64,000 nt of DNA from Podospora anserina (lineage: Eukaryota), in NCBI GenBank assembly GCA_017654855.1, contig CM030332.1, forward strand, positions 6,944,001 through 7,008,000, written 5' to 3'. Below the pieces are notes generated by a model. It had not been told where the DNA came from, did no database searches, and saw only the letters and a list, made by a program, of their open reading frames with translations. This document shows, in pieces, positions 36,827-51,500 of this stretch; position 1 is the first letter of the stretch, and each line of letters starts with the position of its first letter. Both the position numbers and the translations under genes were made by a program.

Positions 36827-37277
36827 TATGGGCGCGCTGGGGTGCAGAAAGCGACGAATGAGGCCTGAAGCGGGAAGAGCCGGCTGCGTATCGAAGCCTT
36901 CGCCACGGGACACTTTATGAATGCGCCAACGTAGGTATTTGATAGGGGGAGGATACAAGAGACTACGAGAAACAGCGCTTGCTGGTGAGCGCTATGAGAT
37001 CAGAAAGAGGGAGCCCAGCCTCACAAGGATATGTAGCAGCGGTAGAGGCCGGGCTGAGGGAGGAGGGGGAAAGACTGTACTAGTGATGCGATGAGGGGGG
37101 CCGACGGCAAAGGACGGACCTATGGACAATGACGGGGTATGGTGGATGCGGGTGTGTATCTGCGGCTCGGGTCGCGGGGTACAGAGAAGCGTGGGGTGGG
37201 TGCAAACAAGAGGGGCTCGAGGTTCATCAAGGGGAACAAAGGGGTAGGAGAGGGGGTTGCGGAATCTTTAGAGGCGG

Positions 37278-37302
37278 TGCTGCTGCTGCTGCTGCTGCTG
37301 CT
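37278..37302. repeat. (CTG)n trinucleotide run in the divergent PKA/Rab-GAP intergenic region
   Basis: tgctgctgctgctgctgctgctg visible in the sequence. Confidence 0.9.
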
Positions 37303-38253
37303 GAAGAAGAAGAGATCCCGGCATGTTTTCATGGCCTGCGGATGACGTTCGCCATGCAGGTTGACGGTTCCAAGCATCTGCTGGCAGCGCGCAAAGTCTC
37401 GGGTGTTCTCGATGGCAGGTCCGCTCTGGCCTTGGCATTGACGAATCAGGATCCGGTCAACTTGGGCGGCAATGGTGATGATGGTGAACTGGGATGTCTG
37501 GGATATCAAAGGACCAGACAGCACTCGGAAGCAACGGCGTCTACCAGGGCTGGATAACCCCGGCTTCCAAACCGAAACGTGGTGACCGGGTTCTGACGCC
37601 GGAACGGGCCCCTGGACAGGAGTAGGACTGGTGTTTCGTTTCCATTTGTGCCCACAGTCGCATCCTCAAGAGGATTCTAGGAAGGAATGTGAGAGAGAGA
37701 GGCTGGCTGTCGCTGTTGAAACCAGGTCCTAGCGTAGCGCAGAGGGGGCATAGGGCGCTTCTACAGCTAGGCACTAGACCCTTGCCGCACGATCCGAGCT
37801 TAGCTCAGGGTTAAGCCAGGGTTGTGTGTGTGCGGCAATGGGTAGCATGGATGGGCAAGCTCGAAGCAGAAGGGTTCCCTGAGACCCCACAATCCACAAC
37901 CGTGCCAAGCCACCAGCTGCATGGACTGTGGCTGCCAGGCTTCTGTCAGTCCGTCTCGAAGCATCAGCAACACTGACTGCACTGCACCGACGAGCAAACA
38001 ACAGCCTTGCTCTCAGCTGGGGCAGTGGTCGACTGACTGTAAGCCACTTGGACCAAACCACGCACACACACACGCACACACGCAACCTATACTACAGTAC
38101 ATTGCTGGGCAATGCCATCCGATCACGTCCAACCTTGACCACACGCCGAGCCCGCCCTGCGATCTTGCGAACCGCTTCGTGCCGCCGCAGGGCCAGCACC
38201 GATTACCACCAACACACTCTTTTGAATAGGCAAATACACGCAATAATCTCGTC

Positions 38254-41200
38254 ATGTTGAACCTCTCCAGCTTCGTGCAAAAAGCCCAACAGCTACTGGA
38301 CCCCACTCAGGGTTTGAATATCACCGACTCGGACAGAAATCCATCCAAAGCATCCCTCTTTCAAGCCCAGTTTAGACTTCCAGCCTCTCAACACCCGCTC
38401 TACGAGATCACCGCCGAGCTTACCATTCCCCTTGCCAACGCCACACAGAGCGACAGAGACCGTGAAAGAGGCTACCAGTACGCCGGAAAGCTTCACCTGT
38501 CCGAGTCCTACCTCTGCTTCTCTACCACACCATCCAGTTTCTTGCAGTCTGCGAGCACCCCGACTTCGTCGGTATTCACTGGCCAGACACACGGTGGAGG
38601 GCCGAGCGGGAACGGCTTCACCTTCCCCCTGTCATCCATTCGGAGGGTCGAGCGGCTTCACAGCCAGAACTTTCAGGTAAGAAGCCTCCTCTCAACGGCC
38701 CTGCTTTGCTTTGACTTACACTGAATGCGCCTGCAGTTTGCCCTAGCTATCAGCACATGGAACGGTATAAGCCAGGAAGCCGCCAAGGACAAGGACAAGA
38801 AGGACCTAAGAGAACAACGGATTACCATCCAGCTGGCCAGTAGTCGGCAGGCATGTGAGAGGTTTTGCGATGGTCTAAAAAAGGGTCTCCGAACAAACGT
38901 TGGAAATGTGGCCAAACTGAAAAAGGTGGTGAGCGAGTGCTATTCTGAATACCTTCTCCGACCCGAAGAACAGAAAAATGCGACGCCTCCCGATGCCGGC
39001 TTGGGCCTCATTTTCAAGTACCCCGGCGATCCCAAGAAGCTTCGAGACAGGGCCAAGATGCGGCTGTGGGCCGAGTATTTGAGAGACAATGGACGGAATG
39101 CGACATTAATCCGTCAGCCTACCTTCCACAAACTAATCAGAGTCGGGCTGCCGAACAGGCTGAGGGGTGAGATGTGGGAGCTGACGTCTGGGTCGCTATA
39201 TCTGCGGCTTGAAAACCCAACACTGTACGCCGACACGCTCGCCAAGCATTCGGGCATGGAATCTCTGGCTATTGATGAGATCGAAAAGGACCTGAATCGC
39301 AGTCTTCCGGAATATCCTGGCTTCCAGAGCGAGGAGGGCATCGGCCGTCTTCGGCGGGTCTTGACTGCCTACAGCTGGGTCAATGCCGATGTTGGCTACT
39401 GCCAGGCGATGAACATTGTCGTTGCGGCCTTGCTGATCTACATGTCAGAAGCACAGGCCTTCTTCCTTCTCTCCGCCCTGTGCGATCGGTTGGTGCCGGG
39501 TTACTATTCAACCACCATGTACGGCACCCTTCTCGACCAAAAGGTGTTTGAGTCCTTGGTGGAGAAGACCATGCCCATCTTGTGGGAACATCTCGTGAAG
39601 AGTGACGTGCAGCTGTCTGTCGTGTCGCTGCCTTGGTTCCTCTCGCTTTATATCAACTCGATGCCTCTCGTCTTCGCCTTCAGGGTCTTGGACGTGTTCT
39701 TTGTCGAGGGCCCCAAAGTGCTGTTCCAGGTTGGCCTGGCCATCTTGAGGATAAACGGAGAGGAACTCTTGGATGCGGCGGATGACGGAGCCTTCATCTC
39801 GGTCCTCAAGTCCTACTTTGCCCGTCTCGATGAATCTGCTCACCCCAAGTCTGAGAATCCCAAACTCAGGGCGGTCACTCGGTTCCAGGAGCTCATGGTG
39901 GTGGCCTTCAAGGAGTTCTCGGGCATCACGCACAACAGTATTACCGAGCTTCGCCTCAAAAACAAGGACGCCGTCCTGAACAACATCGAGAGCTTTGCAA
40001 AGCGAACGGCCATCAGAAATCTTGGCCCCGATAGCAAGCTGCTGAGCGCCGATGAGTTGGCCGCCTTGTACGACAGGTTCTATGGCGTGTTGTACGAGAG
40101 ACAACAGCGAGACCACATCATTAAGCAGGAGCAAGCAAGGCGAGCCAAGAACAGCCGCTCACGGGCGGCTGCTGTTGAAGGACACGACGAAAGCATCGAG
40201 AAAGGTCGGGTTGGGTTGGGACCGAGCACCAGCCTGATGGACTATGACGCGTTCCGTGAATTCCTGGCGGGAATGTCCAGATGGGCCATCTCAGACGCAC
40301 CCAGCACGCCGCGACGTGAGACTACGGGGGATAGGCAGACAGGCTTCTACGGCAGCTTTAGACGAGGTGACGTGACGTTGTCTCCCTGGGGGGCAGGTCC
40401 CGAACCGGCAGATCATGAATTTGTCCAGCGACTGTTTGCGAAGTGGGACGTGGGATCCGCCTCCGCTCTCACTCTCCAAAACGTTGTGTCGGGCATGGCT
40501 CGTATCAAAGGGAAGCGCGACATCATGGGCACCATCAACTACTTTTTTGAACTACACGATGACGACGGAGACGGCAGGGTCGATCGCGAAGGCATTTTGC
40601 GCATGTCCGAGGCCTTGCTTTTCCTATCTCGCCGTGGGCTGGAAGGCACGCTAAGCCCGTCAAGTTCGAATCTCGCCCTCAGTACAGACAACGTGAACGG
40701 TGGCGGCGAGAACCCAGGCCATTCTATCAATGAGAGGTTCCTTGGCAGCGTCAGCGCCTTCATCAGGAGATGCTTTGAATATGCCGACCCGGATCATCCA
40801 CAGAATCAAAATGCGATACAAGACGTGCAAGAACGACTAGATGCGCAGAAGCTAGAGGATGATGAGGAGCTCGCAGACCCCGACGCCTTCGCCATTGGCG
40901 ATGACGACGATGACGATGACGATCTCATGGCCATGGAATCACCATCCGCAAGTCCCAAAACAGCAGCTGTTCGCCCTGACAAAAAGCTCGGCCAGCCACC
41001 TGAGCTGCAACTGAATTCAGCATCTGCAGGGCTCTCCACGGACGGTGACATGTCAGCACGAAGACGGGTGTCCAAAGCTCAGTCGGTCAAGGCCAACGCC
41101 GCCTTGGACCCATCAAACCCGTTGCACATTACTCTCCCAACATTCCGCATGGTTGTACTTGCAGACGAGCTTCTGGAACAGTTCTTCGAGTCATCCTTCC

Positions 41201-41766
41201 CAGCATCATTTCACATTATTGAGGGTCTGGCCTCTTCGACCACACCCACCAGCGCATCGTCCTTGACTACCTTCTCCAGTCTTGGTATCGGCGCCGGACG
41301 GGCTGTCAATGCCGCGCTCGGTGGCGCTCCCGGGGCACCTGGTGCTGCCGCTGGAGGTCGCGGCCTGCGCGGTGTCTTGGATAACATTGTCACCGACGGG
41401 ATGCGCGTGGCGGCTGAAGTCCGCCGTAGGATGGAGGAGGCCCAGCGCGAGCTTGAAAAGAACGCACTCCCAGGCCAGCGCACCGAGGAGGACGACGACG
41501 AAGAGGACGATGATGTGGGGCTTGGACGGCCATCAGGGGCTGGAAAGAGTGGGGCGTACTCTGGCGATGCGGAACGGCGAAGCGTGCGCAGTTCGGACCG
41601 AGACCTCTTGACAGGTGCAGACGCTGAAGCTAGTGACGCGACAGCGGCAGGTGCCGGACGTGCCAGCGGGAGTCCCGAGGGTGGGGGTGGTGGGAATGGG
41701 GCCGGTAATGAGCCTGGCAAGGGCGCGGGGGCTGGCAAAGTTGTTGGGGTCGAGTTCGATGGCTAG
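38254..41766 (+). CDS. gyp2: Rab GTPase-activating protein, GRAM + TBC + EF-hand (Gyp2/Mdr1, TBC1D8/9-like). Exons 38254-38676, 38737-41766; ~1150 aa
   Basis: GRAM-like GKLHLSESYLCF and IRRVER. TBC motifs GLPNRLRGEMW, EIEKDLNRS and GYCQAMN. EF-hand loop DDDGDGRVDREG. Intron GTAAGA...CAG is phase 0. Confidence 0.92.
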
Positions 41767-42584
41767 GGGGCGTGGAACTTGGACCATGGCACCACTTGAT
41801 AACTCCATGCGAGAGCCCGGGGATGGCTGGGGAGTTGGATCTTTTATGCTTATCATTTTCCGCCAAGTTGGCACTCTGCTGCTTTTGCTGTTAGAAACCA
41901 TCGTCGGTTTTACGGGTCAGGTTTTGTCTGGGACGAGCGGACGGGTGTTGGGAGTCCGGGATGGAAACACCATTGTAAGTGAGCTTTTGCGAGGGAAACG
42001 CATGGCTTCTACTGATGCACAGCTCTAAAGTGTTAGGTATCTAGATGATAGCATCACCAACTTACACAAATATCGATGGTTCACTCGCTCAGTGCACATT
42101 TGTCCCTCGCCCTCGTTGTACATGTTGCCTAGCCACTCTCCCTAGAAATGCCGTCCCGATCGATTGGCCCCTCATCCCTTTTTATTCCTGAGGACTGAGA
42201 CCACCAGGAATTCTCCCCTTCTCCTTGCTCTCTTCATCACTTCAAATTCTACCCACCACTCAGTGAACATTCCATGCCTCGATCGCCCTGTCTTGGTCGC
42301 GTCTCAACAACCATGGGGAAAGTGGACCGCGTTCGCGACGCCAGTGTCACGATGGTTATCATATACAAACCCACGTTGCCGGGCACGCTCGCGGGCCGCT
42401 GTCAAGAACTTTTTCTCGTCAGCTCCCTGAGGCTACGTCCCGCAGTCATTCTTTTCTGCCTCCGTAGCCAAGGCTGCTTTCTGCTGGCTCGTCACTTTGA
42501 CAGTCCTGTTCTACCATCCGGCTTTTCACCTGCCTGCCTTTGCCTCCCAGGAAATTGATTTTGCCCAGCGAGACAACCGCAAGG

Positions 42585-45500
42585 ATGCGGAACCGGACGG
42601 GACAGGCCATTCTGGCCGTGCTCCTGACCATATTGAGTTTTGCGGGCATCACCGATGGACAAGCCTACTATGGCACAGTACAACGTGAGTTACAAGCCTG
42701 CGGTTCTGACAACTTTATCAATCTAGGATGCTTCAAGAACTTCATCTCCGTCGCCCAGCCGACATATTTCCAGTTCGATCCGCAGGGCTATCTGCCGTCA
42801 GATCCCTCAAGGAGTTTTCCAGGATGGAGTCCCGGCTCCAACTACAACAACACCGCTACCGGTCTTGACTGTGCCCGAGCCTGTCGTGGTTTCGGGTACA
42901 AGTTTGCCGCCATGAGAGATAACTCCTGCAGATGCGGTATCCAGCTACCTGTGGGATACAGCCCAACGCAAGATGCAGTCTGCCAGATTCCCTGCCAGGG
43001 CAACCCCAATCAGACCTGCGGTGGCGGCTCAGACGCTCAAATCTACGTCGACCCTTCCTTTGCTGCAAACTCGCAGGTGCCGATTCAAGCGCAAAACCCG
43101 TACATTGCAGGGTTTTACAACTACTTGGGCTGCTTCTATCTCCCGAGTGGCATGCCCTCGGGTGACAGCCGTGCCACTTTCACCGTCCCCACGGTCGACG
43201 AGTGTTGGAACAGATGTGCTGGCCTGGGTTATCCCCTCGTGGCAGGCGTGGTAGATTCGTATGGACCAGGTCGTCTTGCCTTGAAAAGAGGAGAGCTAAC
43301 ATGAACTCAGCGGTTCAACTCGATGCTTTTGCGGAACCACGTTTGGCTTTCCTTCATTTCGAGCTAGACCAGAACTCCTCCCTGTCCCTGGAGACTGCAA
43401 CACAACATGTACATCACTTGGGGGGTAAGCAAACCCCCAACAGTTCAGGGAAGGTGGCCTTAGGGATTACCGAGTTAACAAGATGTATCATAGTACCAAC
43501 GGCAACTGCGATATTGCCACCGGGAGGTGTTGCGGCCGGGGACCGTATATGCCTGTCTATATCAACCCCGAGCTCCAGGGTTGCTACTCACCGATCATCC
43601 CGGGCTTTAAGGCAACGCAAGCTGAGCCAGACTATGAGTGTTTTGATCCCCCAACCAGTCTCCTGGGTCCCCCGAAGGTTCTGGCGCAGCCAAGTTATCC
43701 CTCCAGTTTAATCATCAACACCGGACCAGCTCTGATTCGACCTCCTTCGGTCTCAGCAGGTCAGCGTGTTTATCTGATCAACGGCTGCTACGGAAGCAGC
43801 GTATTTGGTACGGGTGGCGGAACGGCGGTCTTCAACTCGGCTCTTTCTCTCACGAGATTGAACATCAGTCCTGCAACACTGGAGAACTGTGCAAGCATTT
43901 GCAACGCAGGCAATTATGACGCGATGGGCATGGTCAACGGGAGGGACTGCTACTGCTCCCCAACCGTGAATAGCGGTCTCACATTCGACAATATGGGATT
44001 CTGTAGGGTTCCATGCGGGGATGCCAACAACATTGCTTGCGGTGCCCCGAACAGTCCGGTAGTTTACGCTGTCAATGGAGGGGGCGTGTTCTCGTCCTAT
44101 GTGTCAACCCAAATTGTTACCCCTTATCCAACCTACAACTGCCTTGGCCGAGCCACCTCCTTTACGACGACAAGCACAACCACAACTTCCACCACAACTT
44201 CTATTCAGACCAGTACATCGACTACCACCACAACTACAACGTCTACCTCTACCTCTACATCGGCCACAGCCACCACCACCGGCACGACTACCTCAACCTC
44301 TACCTCCACATCCACAACAACCACGACGACTAGCACTACCACCACAGCCACATCCACCTCCACCTCAAGTACTACAACCACATCCACGTCCACCACTAGC
44401 ACTACCACAACTGGCACGTCCACCACGAGCACAACCACCACAGGGACCTCAACGACTAGTACCACCACCACCGGCACAAGCACGTCGACAAGTCTGACGA
44501 CGACCAGTTCAACATCTACTAGTCTAACGACCACAACCACGACTTCAACTTCCACAAGTCTGACCACGACGAGTTCCACCTCCACGGATCTCACAACGAC
44601 GACCACTACAACGACATCCAGTTCTACATCTACGAGTCTAACCACAACCACCACCACAACAACGTCTAGTTCTACATCCACCAGTCTAACCACAACAAGT
44701 TCCACATCGACAGATCTCACAACGACAACCACAACAACGAGTTCAACATCTACGGATCTGACAACCACCAGTACAACCAGCACTTCCACGAGTCTAACGA
44801 CCACCACTACCACAACCAGCTCGACGTCTACAAGTCTCACAACGACGAGTACGACTAGCACTTCGACAAGTCTAACAACGACTAGTTCTACTTCTACAGA
44901 TCTGACAACAACCACCACAACCACAACCTCAAGCTCAACATCTACAAGCCTTACCACTACAAGCACAACCAGCACTTCCACAAGTCTGACAACGACTAGT
45001 TCAACCTCGACAGATCTGACGACAGCAACCACCACCACAACAACCAGTTCAACGTCCACAAGCCTTACAACAACGAGCACGACTAGCACATCCACAAGTC
45101 TAACGACAACTAGCTCAACCGCCACTGATCTGACTACGACAACTACGACAACAACCTCCAGTTCAACATCTACAAGTCTGACGACGACCAGTACAACGAG
45201 CACCTCTACCAGTCTTACAACCACTAGTTCAACCTCGACAGATCTCACGACTACCACCACAACCAGCACTTCAACATCCAGCACCACTACAGACACTACC
45301 ACAACCACAACCAGCACCTCAACAAGCAGTACCACAACCACGGGGACAGAAACGACGAGCACAACGACGTCCACAACAACTACAACGACAAGCACATCAA
45401 CAAGCAGTACTACAACCACGGAGACAGAAACGACGAGCACAACAACCGACACAACCACCACAACTACAAGCACCTCCACCAGTATTTCCACAACGAGCAC

Positions 45501-48500
45501 CACGACGACAGGCACATCCACGTCCAGCACCACAACTGATACAACAACAACCACGACAAGCACTTCAACGAGTCTTTCCACAACGACCTCCACATCAACA
45601 AGTATCTCAACAACCAGCACTACCACTACGGGCACGTCAACGTCGAGTACGACCACAGAGACGACAACGACATCTACATCAACAAGTATCTCAACAACCA
45701 GCACCACTACCACAGATACTTCCACCTCAAGTACAACCACAACCGAAACATCAACAACGAGCACCACCACCACTGGCACTTCCACATCAAGCACCACCAC
45801 TGAAACCACAACAACGAGTACATCAACAAGTATTTCAACCACGAGTACCACTACCACGGGAACGTCTACCTCAAGTACTACCACTGAGACTACAACGACG
45901 TCTACATCAACAAGCATCTCGACAACCAGCACCACCACCACAGGAACAGAGACTTCCAGTACGACAACAACCGGCACATCGACAACCAGTACCACTACTA
46001 CCGGGACGTCCACATCAAGTACAACGACAGAGACAACAAGCACAAGTACAAGTATTTCGACTACGAGCACCACTACCACCGGAACCTCGACAACAAGCAC
46101 AACAGCCACGGAGACTTCTACTTCAACAACCAGCACAACAACCACCGGAACATCAACCACAAGCACGACCACCACGTCGACGTCAACGTCAAGTACCACG
46201 ACCACAGGCACATCCACGTCAAGTACAACCACAGAAACTACAACCACAACCACATCTACATCCACATCAACGAGTTTGACGACGACTAGTTCAACATCAA
46301 CTAGCCTCACAACCACAAGCTCCACATCTACCAGTCTCACAACAACCACAACAACCAGCACATCAACCAGCCTCACAGAGACAACCACCTCAAGCACCTC
46401 GACCAGCTTGACCACAACAACCAGCACATCAACTAGCCTAACAGAGACAACTACCTTAAGCACCTCTACAAGCTTAACCACAACTAGCTCAACATCCACA
46501 AGCTTAACTACAACGAGCTCCACATCCACAAGCTTAACAACCACAAGCTCTACATCAACTAGCCTTACGACTACTACTACGACAAGTACGTCAACAAGTC
46601 TGACCGAGACAACGACAAGCTCCACATCCACCAGCCTTACGACGACTACTACAACAAGCACATCAACAAGTCTGACCGAGACAACCACGAGCTCCACATC
46701 CACCAGTCTCACAACCACTACAACCACGAGCACGTCAACAAGTCTGACCGAGACAACCACGAGCTCCACGTCCACCAGCCTTACAACGACAAGCTCCACG
46801 TCCACAAGCCTAACCACAACAAGCTCGACTTCCACCAGTCTTACAACAACCACCACAACCAGCACCTCGACTGACCTAACAACCACGAGCTCGACATCCA
46901 CCAGCCTCACAACCACTAGCTCTACCTCTACAAGCCTTACAACTACTGATTCAACTTCCACGAGCTTGACAACTACCAGTTCTACATCAACCAGCTTGAC
47001 CACGACCACCACGACTGAGACTTCGACAACAAGCACCACTTCCACAGATATCTCCACCACAAGCACCACCACAACTGGCACGTCGACCTCGAGCACAACC
47101 ACGGAGACAACAACCACAACTACGAGCACATCAACAAGTCTCACAACTACCAGCTCCACTTCCACCAGTCTCACCACAACGACTACGAGCTCCACTTCCA
47201 CAGATGTTTCTACTACAAGCACTACCACTACCGAGACTTCCACTTCGAGCACAACCACAGAGACAACAACCACAACTACAAGCACATCGATAAGTCTCAC
47301 AACTACTAGCTCCACTTCTACCAGTCTTACCACGACAACTACGAGCTCCACTTCCACAGACATTTCCACGACCAGTACCACCACCACGGGGACCTCAACC
47401 TCGAGTACTACAACTCAGACAACGACGACGACAACAGCGACATCCACTAGCTCCACAACAACAACAGAAACATCGACAACCAGCACCACAACCACAAGTG
47501 TCTCTACAAGCAGTTCTACAACCACTGAAACCTCAACCTCAAGCACTACAACAACCGGGACAGAAACAACTAGTACTACAACAACTGGCACATCAACAAC
47601 AAGCACTACAACAACATCAACTTCAATAAGCCAGACCACTTCGACAAGCAGCACCACAACCACAGGGACAGAAACAACGAGTACAACAACCACATCTACA
47701 ACCACATCAACCTTTACATCGATAAGTGAGACCACTTCTACCAGCAGTATTACAACGACTGGCACATCGACAACGTCAACGACAACCACATCAACCTCCA
47801 CCTCCACCTCAATCAGCGAGACCACTTCCACAAGCAGTACCACCACAACAGACACATCAACAACATCAACAACCACAACATCAACTTCCATTTCCGCTAC
47901 CAGCACAACCACTACTGGCACATCAACCACATCAACAACAACTACTTCAACTTCAACTTCCACCTCTACATCAATTAGCCAGACCACATCTACCAGTAGC
48001 ACCACCACAACTGGCACATCAACAACGTCAACAACAACTACGTCCACTTCTACCAGCAGTGTTACCACCACTGGGACAGAGACCTCGAGCACTACTACCA
48101 CAACAACATCAACATCAACATCTGTGCGCGAGACCACGTCTACGAGCAGCACTACAACAACAGGCACTTCAACAACAAGTACTACAACTACATCGACGTC
48201 AACATCAACATCTGTCAGCCAGACCACGTCGACTAGCAGTACAACCACCACTGGCACATCCACAACAAGCACAACAACTACCACAACATCTACATCAGTC
48301 AGCGAAACCACGTCAACAAGCAGCACAACAACCACTGGCACCTCAACAACTGATACGACGACGACGTCAACTTCGACTTCAACCTCAGTGAGTGAGACCA
48401 CATCAACAAGCAGCACTACGACTACTGGAACCTCAACCACAAGCACTACCACAACGTCCACGTCTACCTCTGTCAGTCAAACAACGTCAACGAGTAGCAC

Positions 48501-51500
48501 AACAACCACAGGGACAGAAACGACGAGTACAACAACCACCTCTACTTCCACCTCTGTGAGCGAGACCACTTCAACAAGCAGCACAACAACCACAGGGACT
48601 TCCACAACCAGCACCACAACCACATCTACTTCCACCTCTGTGAGCGAGATCACTTCAACAAGTAGCACCACAACCACTGGCACCTCCACAACCAGCACTA
48701 CAACCACGTCCACATCTGTAAGCCAGACCACATCGACAAGCAGCACCACCACCACGGGCACAGAAACTACAAGTACTACAACCACATCTACTTCAGTCAG
48801 CCAAACGACTTCAACAAGCTCTACCACCACAACCGGGACGTCAACCACGAGCACAACTACAACAAGCACTTCCACGTCTATTAGTCAAACAACGTCCACG
48901 AGCTCCACCACCACAACTGGCACGTCAACATCAAGTACGACAACGACTGGGACGTCAACGACAAGTACGACGACTACTGAAACGTCAACCACAAGCACAA
49001 CTACAACATCCACATCTACATCAGTGAGCGAGACTACCTCCACAAGTTCAACAACTACCACGGGGACATCTACCACAAGCACAACCACCACTTCCACATC
49101 TACCTCTACGTCCACATCAATTACCCAGACGACCTCGACAAGCTCGACGACTACAACCGGAACAGAGACCACAAGCACAACTACTACCGGAACGTCCACT
49201 TCAAGCACAACTACTACCGGCACGTCAACTTCAAGCACAACGACTAGCACCACGACTACTGGCACCTCCACAACCAGTACCACAACCACAGGCACGTCGA
49301 CGTCAAGCACCACGACTACTGACACTTCCACAACCTCCACAACAACTACTGATACGTCAACGACAAGCACAACCACAACGGGCACTTCCACAACCAGTAC
49401 CACCACCACAGGCACGTCCACTTCAAGCACAACGACTACTGACACTTCGACAACCTCAACGACTACTACCGGGACATCAACCACCAGTACCACCAGTACC
49501 TCGACTTCAGTAACCGAAACCATTTCCACAAGCTCAACTACTACCACAGGGACGTCAACGACAAGCACCACAACCACAACCACGTCAACATCAGTTAGTG
49601 GGACAACCTCAACAAGCTCAACTACAACCACTGGGACTTCAACAACATCAACAACAACAACCGGCGTATCGACGAGCTCAACCACCACCACAGGAACTTC
49701 GACTACTTCAACGACAACAACCGACACAAGCAGCACAACAACCACAGGCACGTCAACGACTTCAACTACAACGACTGGCACGTCAACTAGCTCAACTACC
49801 ACTACCGGGACTTCAACCACGTCAACAACAACCTCGACGACTACCACTGGTACTTCAACAACCTCAACCACCACAACCGGGATTTCAACAACGTCAAGCA
49901 CAACAACCGGGACTTCAACTACATCAACAACGACTACTGACACTTTCACCACCGAGACCACCGAGACTTCGACCACGTTAACAACCACTACCGGAACTTC
50001 GACCACATCAACAACCACGTCGACGACTACTACAGGCACTTCAACTACGTCAACTACCACCACTGGCACTTTGACAACTTCAACGACAACAACCGGCACT
50101 TCGACCACGTCAACCACCACCACCGGCACTTCAACCACATCAACAACCGAGATTTCAACTACCTCAACAGCCACAACCGAGACGTCAACTACATCAACCA
50201 CAACAACCGGAACTTCTACCACGTCAACCACCGGTACTTCAACTACATCGACAACTACAACCGGGACTTCGACTACCTCCACCACTGCCACCGACACGTT
50301 GACAAGCTCAACAACAACAACTGGCACTTCGACCACGTCAACAACTACTTCCACGACAACCACCGGGACGTCGACCACTTCAACTACAACCACTAGTACG
50401 TCAACGACGTCAACGACCACTACTGGGACGTCAACCACATCAACGACCACCACTGGGACGTCGACGAGCTCAACCACCACCACCGGGACATCAACAACAT
50501 CAACGACTACAACTGGCACGTCGACAAGCTCAACGACCACAACCGGCACCGAGACATCTTCAACAACAACCACTGGCACTTCAACGACTTCCACAACTAC
50601 CACTGGCACGTCAACCAGTTCCACGACTACGTCGACGACAACTACAGGCACATCTACAACGTCTACAACAACTACCGGTACGGAAACGACCTCGACAACC
50701 ACCTCCACAACAACCACCGGCACATCTACCACTTCCACGACGACAACCGGCACGGAGACCAGCTCTACAACCACCACCGGCACGTCCACGAGCTCGACCA
50801 CTACTACCGGCACTTCAACAACTTCAACGACTACCACTGGCACCTCAACGACGTCCACAACCACCACCGGTACATCCACAAGTTTGACTACGACAACCAG
50901 CACAGGCACTTCAACTACCTCGACGACTACGTCAACGACGACTACCGGCACATCTACAACATCTACAACAACTACCGGTACATCAACAAGCTCAACCACA
51001 ACCACGGGCACGTCCACAACTTCGACGACTACCACTGACACCTCCACAACGTCCACCACGACCACAGGCACGTCAACAACATCAACAACAACCACTGGTA
51101 CATCAACAAGCTCTACCACAGCCACTTCCACAACATCGACTACAACTACAGGCACTTCAACGACTTCGACGATCACGACTGGCACATCCACGAGCTCAAC
51201 CACGACAACTACCACTGGCACTGAGACAACGTCGACCACCACGAGCGGCACTGAGACAAGCTCAACCACCACAACCACCACCGGCACGTCCACGAGCTCA
51301 ACCACCACCACTGGTACTTCGACCACCTCGACTACCACCACTGGCACATCAACAAGCTCAACGACTACCACAACCACCTCGACGTCTGTGACTGAGACCA
51401 CTTCAACGAGCAGCACGACTACCACTGGCACGTCGACGAGCTCAACCACCACTACTGGCACCGAGACAACTTCCACTACCACCACCGGCACGTCAACAAG